From the NCBI GenBank assembly GCA_964480765.1, contig CAYZST010000002.1, positions 28,485 through 92,484 on the forward strand: DNA of 64,000 nt, in the 5' to 3' direction. The notes beneath the pieces were generated by a model. It saw nothing but the letters and a program-made list of their open reading frames with translations, ran no database searches and was not told where the DNA came from. The DNA comes from an uncultured Arcobacter sp. GTDB lineage: Bacteria > Campylobacterota > Campylobacteria > Campylobacterales > Arcobacteraceae. Both the position numbers and the translations under genes were made by a program. The first letter of the stretch is position 1, and every line of letters starts with the position of its first letter. Shown here piece by piece: positions 48,079-54,779 of the stretch.

Positions 48079-50598
48079 TTATTTATTAAATAGGTTTTGA
48101 CCTAAAGATTTATAAGTATCATATAGAGTAATCATTTTCTTAGCCCAAACGATTCTACATCTATCAACTAGTTTACCTTTAAATGAGATAACCTCTTTAC
48201 CTTCTTTTTCAGCCTCTTCATACTTGTTAATCATCTCTTCATACTCTTGAACTTCTTTTTGCTTTGGAGTAAAGATATCATTAATATACTCAACTTGAAT
48301 TGGATGAATAAGTGCTTTACCATCAAATCCAATGTTATATGCATCTTTTGTTGAGTCTTCACAAGCGAATTCATCTTCAACATCATAATGAGGTCCATCA
48401 ATTACTGTTTTACCATATGCTTTTGCAGATAAAGCAATTCTTGCAAGATAGTTAAACATGGCTTTAGAACCTTTTTTAATATCAATTTGAAGTCTATTTG
48501 CTAAGTTATTTGAACCAACAACAACAACTTCAAGTTTTGAGCTTGATGCACAAATATCTGGCGAGTTTAAAATTGCTAATGGAGTTTCAATCATTACCAT
48601 CATAGTAAGTTCAGGGTCTAATTCCATTAAGATTTTTTCAGCTTCAAGAATCTGCTCTTTTGTTTCAATAAGAGAGAATAAAATTCCATCAATATCTAAT
48701 TCACGAGCTAGTTCCATATCTTTTTTGAAGTCTTCACTTCCTAAGTTATTTACTCTTAAGATTCTCTCTGACTCACCAAATTTTGCACCATCCTCTTTGT
48801 ATACTTCTCTAATAACATTTCTTGCAGCTTGTTTTTGCTCTTGTAAAATTGCTTCAAGATCAAATACAACTGTATCAGCAAGAATTGTTTTAGATTTTTG
48901 AACATATTTTTTATTATAAGCAGGAACAAATAACATTGATCTTCTTGCTTTATACTTAATAATCTCTTCACCACTTACATTTGAATTATAAATATCGTGT
49001 AAATTTTTAACTAACTGTTTTCTTAATACTTTTCCATTCTTTGTTCTTGGGTAATCTTTCATACCAAAGATTGTTTTTGGTGCTTTATATTTTGCTAAGT
49101 TAGCTTGAGAATATTCAAGAATCTCTTGTTCTTGTTTTTCACTTAACTCTTCATGTCCAACAACAGCAATTGCAACGATTACTTTATCTTTTTCTATTTC
49201 TAAACCAAATGCAACACAATCAGCTACATCTTTGTGAGTTTTTACAACTCTTTCAATTTCATGTGGAGATACTCTAAATCCAAAGGTATTAATGATGTCA
49301 TCTTTTCTACCAATAAACCAAATATATCCATCTTTATCTCTTTTTGCATAATCTCCTGTAAAGAACCAACCATCATGTCTAGCCTTTGCAGTCTCTTCTT
49401 CAAGTTGCCAGTACTCTAAAAATAGTCCTGGATCATCCTCTCCAATACAAATCATACCTTCTTCTTCTAAACCAACTTCTTCTAAAGTTTCAGGATTTAA
49501 AAGTTTTACAATATGTCCTGGTTGAACAAATCCAGCAGAACCAGGTCTAATTGGGTTATTTTTAGAGTGAGAAATATAATATGAACATTCAGACATACCA
49601 ATTGCTTCAAAGATATCTTGTTTGAATCTATCTCTCCATAATCCAATCATCTCATCAGATAAATGTTCTCCTGCTGACATACAATATCTTAATGATGGAC
49701 AATCATTAATTGTAAATTCAGTCTTTTGAATAATTTGTCTATAAATTGTTGGTACTCCAATAAATATTGTACAATTATGTTTTTTAATTAAATTAACCCA
49801 CGTTGAAGCATCATTTGCACCTTCATATGCAATTACTGTGTGACCATTAAATAATGGATCCATTAAAGCTGAACCTAATACATACGTCCAGTTAAATTTA
49901 CCAGAGTGCATAATTCTATCATTTTGTTTAAAATCAAACCAATATTCTGTTGCTGGTGTTCTACCAATTAAAGATCTATGTGAGTGTAATACACCTTTAG
50001 GGTATCCTGTTGTTCCAGAAGTATATACTAAATATGCAGGCTCACCAGATTTTGATGGATAATGATTGGGTGTTTTATCACTCTGTTCTAAAATTTCATT
50101 TAATGCAAATACTTGCATTCCTTTTGGAACATTATATTCTTCTACACTATCAGTTCCAGCAACAATAATAGTTTTTAAATTATCTAAATTCTCTAAGTAT
50201 GGAGTTAAGTTCTCATACATAGTTGCAGATAACACAATTGCTCTTGCTTGAGAATCTTCTGCAAGATATTTCACTTCAGAACCTGATAATAAAGTTGATG
50301 TAGGTACAGCAATAATACCAGCTTTAATTGCTCCAAAGAACGAAATAGGATATGCAAGAGAGTTTTTTAAACAAACTAATACTCTATCTCTAGCTTCAAA
50401 ACCTAAGCTTTGTAAAAAATTACAAACTTGGTCTGATTTTTCAGCTAAATCTTTATAAGAAATTTCGTCAGTACCAAGCTTATCATCTTCGATAATCATT
50501 GCAGTGTTATTCTCTTTATCTGTTCCAACATGAATAGATGTACAAGCAACACCAATATTTAAAAATTCAGGTACTTCAATTTTTACATTTGGACTCAT
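48079..50598 (-). CDS. Fusion protein: AMP-forming acyl-CoA ligase (about 540 aa) plus C-terminal CitE/HpcH-like domain (about 290 aa)
   Basis: 'YLVYTSGTTGYPKGVLHSH', 'TGDYAKRDKDGYIWFIGRKDD' and 'PRTKNGKV' are adenylate-forming motifs. They are followed by 'RRSMLFVPA', 'FDLEAIL', 'MIETPLA' and 'FDGKALIHPIQV'. The reading frame is continuous over 839 codons. Confidence 0.85.
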   Translation of the reverse strand: MSPNVKIEVPEFLNIGVACTSIHVGTDKENNTAMIIEDDKLGTDEISYKDLAEKSDQVCNFLQSLGFEARDRVLVCLKNSLAYPISFFGAIKAGIIAVPTSTLLSGSEVKYLAEDSQARAIVLSATMYENLTPYLENLDNLKTIIVAGTDSVEEYNVPKGMQVFALNEILEQSDKTPNHYPSKSGEPAYLVYTSGTTGYPKGVLHSHRSLIGRTPATEYWFDFKQNDRIMHSGKFNWTYVLGSALMDPLFNGHTVIAYEGANDASTWVNLIKKHNCTIFIGVPTIYRQIIQKTEFTINDCPSLRYCMSAGEHLSDEMIGLWRDRFKQDIFEAIGMSECSYYISHSKNNPIRPGSAGFVQPGHIVKLLNPETLEEVGLEEEGMICIGEDDPGLFLEYWQLEEETAKARHDGWFFTGDYAKRDKDGYIWFIGRKDDIINTFGFRVSPHEIERVVKTHKDVADCVAFGLEIEKDKVIVAIAVVGHEELSEKQEQEILEYSQANLAKYKAPKTIFGMKDYPRTKNGKVLRKQLVKNLHDIYNSNVSGEEIIKYKARRSMLFVPAYNKKYVQKSKTILADTVVFDLEAILQEQKQAARNVIREVYKEDGAKFGESERILRVNNLGSEDFKKDMELARELDIDGILFSLIETKEQILEAEKILMELDPELTMMVMIETPLAILNSPDICASSSKLEVVVVGSNNLANRLQIDIKKGSKAMFNYLARIALSAKAYGKTVIDGPHYDVEDEFACEDSTKDAYNIGFDGKALIHPIQVEYINDIFTPKQKEVQEYEEMINKYEEAEKEGKEVISFKGKLVDRCRIVWAKKMITLYDTYKSLGQNLFNK

Positions 50599-50613
50599 AA
50601 TTCAACTCTCCTC

Positions 50614-51744
50614 TTAGATTAGACCAAATGGCCAGTTTTCTTTAAATGTATGTAATGGCATTTTATTTAATACAGAAATTGCAAACTCATAATCTTCTGG
50701 CTCTAAACTATTAAGTGCATGTGCTCTTAAGATGTTTTGTAATGATTTACCAAACATTGGTGGATCTAACATCTCTCCATCATATCTAATAGCACCAGAT
50801 AATAATGCATCAGCATCAATAGCTGCTTTTAAAATTTCAACATCTCTTGCAATCTCTTTAGGAGATGGTGTAAATGCAACTTTACAAACATTAATATGGT
50901 TAGGTGTAATAACTTGTTTTCCAGTAAGACCCATTGCATACTCTCTTTGTGCGTGTGCATAAACATGTCTTGAAGCATCATCACCGTGTAAATCTAACCA
51001 TCTTCTAATATCTTTTTTCTCAACACAAGAATCAGGTAATGAATTTGGAGTAAGTAAGACTTCAACTCCACCAATAACACCTTTACCTTTAACTCTTGCT
51101 TCCATTGTAAGAATATTAAAAAATGTTTCTAATTCATCAATCCAACCCTCAGGAGTAATTTTATACGCCATTGCTTTAGAAAAATCATGAATACCAAATA
51201 CAACATGTTGTACTGTTGAATGGCTCATTAATTTATCAGCAATTTGTAAAGATTTAGGATGTTCAATAATTGGTTGAATTTGTAGGTTTGCACCAATTGA
51301 AACTAACCAAGAAGACAAATCTCTAATTTCAGCAGAACCATAAACTTCCCCAGCTTTAGCTAAAACAATTGCATCAATATATTTGTGAATCTGTTTTAAC
51401 ATTTTTAAATCTTCTTCATACTCTGCTGTTCTAAATGGATTAATTCTTACAGCAATCTGAAAGTTTCTTTCTGGAAACTTTGGTAACTCTTGAATTAAAA
51501 GCTCTCTTGACATAGCTTTTTGCCTACATCCATCTTCAAGGTCAAATAAAACAGTATGAGCTTTTGTTTTGTAAGCATGCTTTTGTAATCTATACTTAGC
51601 TTGCTCCATTGTCTCATAAGTTCCATCTAATGGATTGAACTTTATTGGTGGATAATAAATCTGAATTCCAGGCCATTTCCCACCAAGTACTGGATTTAAA
51701 TCGTCGTTAGCAGTTAATTTTGATAAATCTACAAAAGATGTCAT
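50614..51744 (-). CDS. HpcH/HpaI / CitE-like acyl-CoA lyase with N-terminal extension
   Basis: 376 aa with 'LFDLEDG', 'VLAKAG', 'IIEHPKS', 'FGIHDFSKA' and 'YDGEMLDPP'. First gene of the minus-strand operon. Confidence 0.7.
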   Translation of the reverse strand: MTSFVDLSKLTANDDLNPVLGGKWPGIQIYYPPIKFNPLDGTYETMEQAKYRLQKHAYKTKAHTVLFDLEDGCRQKAMSRELLIQELPKFPERNFQIAVRINPFRTAEYEEDLKMLKQIHKYIDAIVLAKAGEVYGSAEIRDLSSWLVSIGANLQIQPIIEHPKSLQIADKLMSHSTVQHVVFGIHDFSKAMAYKITPEGWIDELETFFNILTMEARVKGKGVIGGVEVLLTPNSLPDSCVEKKDIRRWLDLHGDDASRHVYAHAQREYAMGLTGKQVITPNHINVCKVAFTPSPKEIARDVEILKAAIDADALLSGAIRYDGEMLDPPMFGKSLQNILRAHALNSLEPEDYEFAISVLNKMPLHTFKENWPFGLI

Positions 51745-51996
51745 AGTTTTTACCTTGTTTTTTATATATTTTTTGTTTCAGACATTTTTCTGATGATAGA
51801 ATTAATCCATAGTTAAAATAAACTAAAACATAAATCAGTATATTAATTAAAAAAATAAGAAAATTTTAATAAAATTCAAAAATACCATAAAATAGGGCTT
51901 TTCGTAAATGAGTAAATGTCAGTTTCATAATATGAGAAAAATTACTCTAATATTCTTAATATCTAAAATAAAAATTTGAAAATTTTTTAAAAAGAA

Positions 51997-52020
51997 TCAC
52001 CTTTTTTTAGATAAAGGTGA
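51997..52020. promoter_or_regulatory. Inverted repeat TCACCTTT-N8-AAAGGTGA in the divergent IclR/lyase-operon control region
   Basis: Perfect 8-bp arms at 51997-52004 and 52013-52020, 87 nt upstream of the IclR gene start. Confidence 0.35.
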
Positions 52021-52106
52021 AACAGGAAGCTTTAAATTTGCAAAAAATCTTATTTAGTAAAAAAATGGTAATATATGAAAAATAAAATATTAAAGAGTTT
52101 ATTTAA

Positions 52107-52847
52107 GTGCAAATACAAAGTCCAAATAAATCATTTTCAAAAGGTTTACAAGTATTAAAAGAGATAATGAAATCTGCTAAACCATTAACAGCAAATGTTT
52201 TATGTCAAAAATTAAGTATAGATAAAAGCACTATGTCAAGATTAATTACAACTTTGATGAGTGAGGAGTTTATAGAATATAAAGGGGATTCAAAAGAGAT
52301 TATACTTAGTGATATTTTAAGAAAAATTGTACATAAAGATGATAGAGAGAAAATTGTAGAAAAAACAAGATCTCTTTTAGATGAGATTTTTCTTATTACT
52401 AATGAAGCTTCATATTTAGGTATTTTAGATAATAACTTAACCTTGTATTTAAATCAGGTTGATAAATCAAATAGGGTGATTAAAACAAGAGATTCAATTG
52501 GACTTCATTCTCCATTACATACTAATGCTTTTGGTAAAATTTTAATTACTTTTAGTAATAAAGTTGATATTGAAAAATTAGATTTAAAAAAGTATACCTC
52601 AAATACTATTACAAGTGTTACAAAATTACAAAAAGAGATTGAGTTAATTAAACAAAGAGGTTATGCAATTGATAGTGAAGAGTATGAATTTGGACTAAAA
52701 TCAGTTGCTGTGCCATATTTTAACAAGCAAAATAAATTTGTTGGAACAGTTGGAATTTCTGGTTTGTCAGTTAGATTAGAGAATGAATCTTTACATAAAT
52801 TTGGACAAGATATTTTTAAATTAGTAAACACATTTATGACAAAGTAG
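52107..52847 (+). CDS. IclR-family transcriptional regulator
   Basis: 246 aa starting at GTG. N-terminal wHTH 'KGLQVLKEI…LTANVLCQKLSIDKSTMSRLITTL'. The C-terminal effector domain carries 'GYAIDSEEYEFGLKSVAVP'. Confidence 0.85.
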   Translation: MQIQSPNKSFSKGLQVLKEIMKSAKPLTANVLCQKLSIDKSTMSRLITTLMSEEFIEYKGDSKEIILSDILRKIVHKDDREKIVEKTRSLLDEIFLITNEASYLGILDNNLTLYLNQVDKSNRVIKTRDSIGLHSPLHTNAFGKILITFSNKVDIEKLDLKKYTSNTITSVTKLQKEIELIKQRGYAIDSEEYEFGLKSVAVPYFNKQNKFVGTVGISGLSVRLENESLHKFGQDIFKLVNTFMTK

Positions 52848-52850
52848 ACT

Positions 52851-53756
52851 CTATTTTAGAGTCTCTTTCTTATTTGATAAATATTCATGGGCTAAATATG
52901 AACTTCTTGCATATGGAGTAGAGTGTACAAAACTAAATCCTAAATCAAGGGCAAGCTCTTTATATTTTGCAAACTGCTTAGGTGTAACAAACTCTTTAAC
53001 TTTTTCATAATCTCCAGATGGGGCTAAATATTGACCAATACTTAAAAACTCACAACCAACTTCCCTTAAATCTTTAAATACTTGAATCATCTCCTCTTCA
53101 GTTTCACCAAGACCAACCATTAATGCAGATTTTGTTTTAACTTTATCTCCTCCAAGCTCTTTTAATCTTCTTAATACTTCAAGTGATCTTTTGTATGAAG
53201 CATTTCTTCTAATATGGTATAAAGATGGAACTGTTTCTACATTGTGTCCAATAATTACAGCACCACTATCAACAACTTTTTGTAATGATTCATCATTCCC
53301 TTGAAAATCTGGAATAAGAATTTCAACTTGTGTTTCAGGAGATTTTTCTAAAATATTTTTAGTAACTCTAAAAAACTGAGATGCACCACCATCTTTTAAA
53401 TCATCTCTAGCAGGACTAGTAATAACAACAAATTTAAGACCAAGTTTAATTACTGACTGAGTAACTCCATCAATCTCTGCTAAATCAACCTCTGTTGGTT
53501 TTCCTGTGTGAACATTACAATATGTACATCTTCTTGTACAGATATTACCAAGAATTAAAAAGGTTGCATTTTTCTTTGCATAACATTCAGAAATATTTGG
53601 ACATTTAGCTTCTTGACAAATTGTATGTAATCCATGTTCTCCTAATAAATCTTCCATCTCTTTTTGTGCATGGGGAACTAATTTTTTTCTTAACCATTCA
53701 GGTTTTTTAAAATCTACTTTTTTCTTTGTAGTAAATTTAGTTTCTACTATAGTCAT
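52851..53756 (-). CDS. lipA: Lipoyl synthase
   Basis: 'CQEAKCPNISEC' and the radical-SAM 'CTRRCTYCNV' motifs. 301 aa. Confidence 0.95.
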   Translation of the reverse strand: MTIVETKFTTKKKVDFKKPEWLRKKLVPHAQKEMEDLLGEHGLHTICQEAKCPNISECYAKKNATFLILGNICTRRCTYCNVHTGKPTEVDLAEIDGVTQSVIKLGLKFVVITSPARDDLKDGGASQFFRVTKNILEKSPETQVEILIPDFQGNDESLQKVVDSGAVIIGHNVETVPSLYHIRRNASYKRSLEVLRRLKELGGDKVKTKSALMVGLGETEEEMIQVFKDLREVGCEFLSIGQYLAPSGDYEKVKEFVTPKQFAKYKELALDLGFSFVHSTPYARSSYLAHEYLSNKKETLK

Positions 53757-54474
53757 ATTTATCCTTTAGTAAAGAGCTTTTGGTCTCTTCTTCATCTTTT
53801 GTTAACTGTGAAAGTTCAATTTCTACATTAAAACACTGTTTAAAAGAGTCAATAAGTCCTTTTATTGTCTCTTCAAAGTTTATATCTATTTTCATATCTT
53901 CTAAAGAGTTTCCAAACATTTCTTTATCATTTGTTTTAAAAACAGGTATTGAACCATGTTGAAAAATTGCTTTTTTTGTTCTTCTTTGTGCATTTCCACC
54001 AATTTTTTTACTATTTATTAATATATCATAAGCTTCAAAACCTATTTGACAAAACTCACTTTTAGACAATTGGATATTCTCATCATCTTTTGCATAACAA
54101 ACATATAAGCCAAGATTTTTATAAAAATTAAGTATAAATTGACATATCTTTTCATAAGATTTTTTTATACTTAAACCTTTTAAAATTTCACTTGGAATAA
54201 TAATAGAATAGGATACATCGTGTCCATGAAATAGTATCCCTCCACCTGTAATTCTTTTTGCAGCATTTTTATTTGGATTCTTTATAAAAGGATAAGTTAT
54301 AAAATCTTGTGAAATACCTATAGTAATAGAGTCATCCTCCCAAGTATACAATCTTAAAATTGCATAATCCCCTTGATTATAATTTTTTAATAGGGCTTCA
54401 TCTATTGCCATATTTTCTTTTGCTGATTTTTTATCAGTTATAATAACTCTAAACTTACTTTTAGTATCAATCAA
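53737..54474 (-). CDS. Lipoate-protein ligase / octanoyltransferase family protein (LplA/LipM-like)
   Basis: BPL_LplA_LipB-type motifs 'RITGGGILFHG' and 'KIGGNAQRR'. Overlaps lipA by 20 nt. Confidence 0.75.
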   Translation of the reverse strand: MIDTKSKFRVIITDKKSAKENMAIDEALLKNYNQGDYAILRLYTWEDDSITIGISQDFITYPFIKNPNKNAAKRITGGGILFHGHDVSYSIIIPSEILKGLSIKKSYEKICQFILNFYKNLGLYVCYAKDDENIQLSKSEFCQIGFEAYDILINSKKIGGNAQRRTKKAIFQHGSIPVFKTNDKEMFGNSLEDMKIDINFEETIKGLIDSFKQCFNVEIELSQLTKDEEETKSSLLKDKYDYSRN

Positions 54475-54653
54475 TTATAATAAATCCTATTATTGAGTTT
54501 GTTTAAAAAAACTTATGTTATTAAAATATCGCGGATATGATTAATAACCTTAAATTGTCGCGTTTTTTCATTATAATTTCATTTTTATATAACAAAACTT
54601 AGAAAAAAATATTAATTTTTAAAAAACAAAATAATTTAAGATAATTAAAGTAT

Positions 54654-54733
54654 CATATGTTCACAATTCGTTTTTATGGTATCACAGGATACACATTCTT
54701 TACATAGTGAACATATGTTCAGTTGTTTTTATG
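54654..54733. promoter_or_regulatory. Array of dyad and direct repeats upstream of aceE (ATATGTTCA core x3)
   Basis: CATATGTTCAC (54654-54664) is the reverse complement of GTGAACATATG (54707-54717). There is a perfect 12-bp palindrome GAACATATGTTC (54709-54720). Direct repeats are ATATGTTCACAATTCGTTTTTATGG (54655-54679) and ATATGTTCAGTTGTTTTTATGG (54712-54733). A nested hairpin is GTATC-ACAG-GATAC (54679-54692). Confidence 0.6.
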
Positions 54734-54779
54734 GGAATAATAAGAAGAAATTAAACAAATTTTAAGCAAGGAAGTATGA

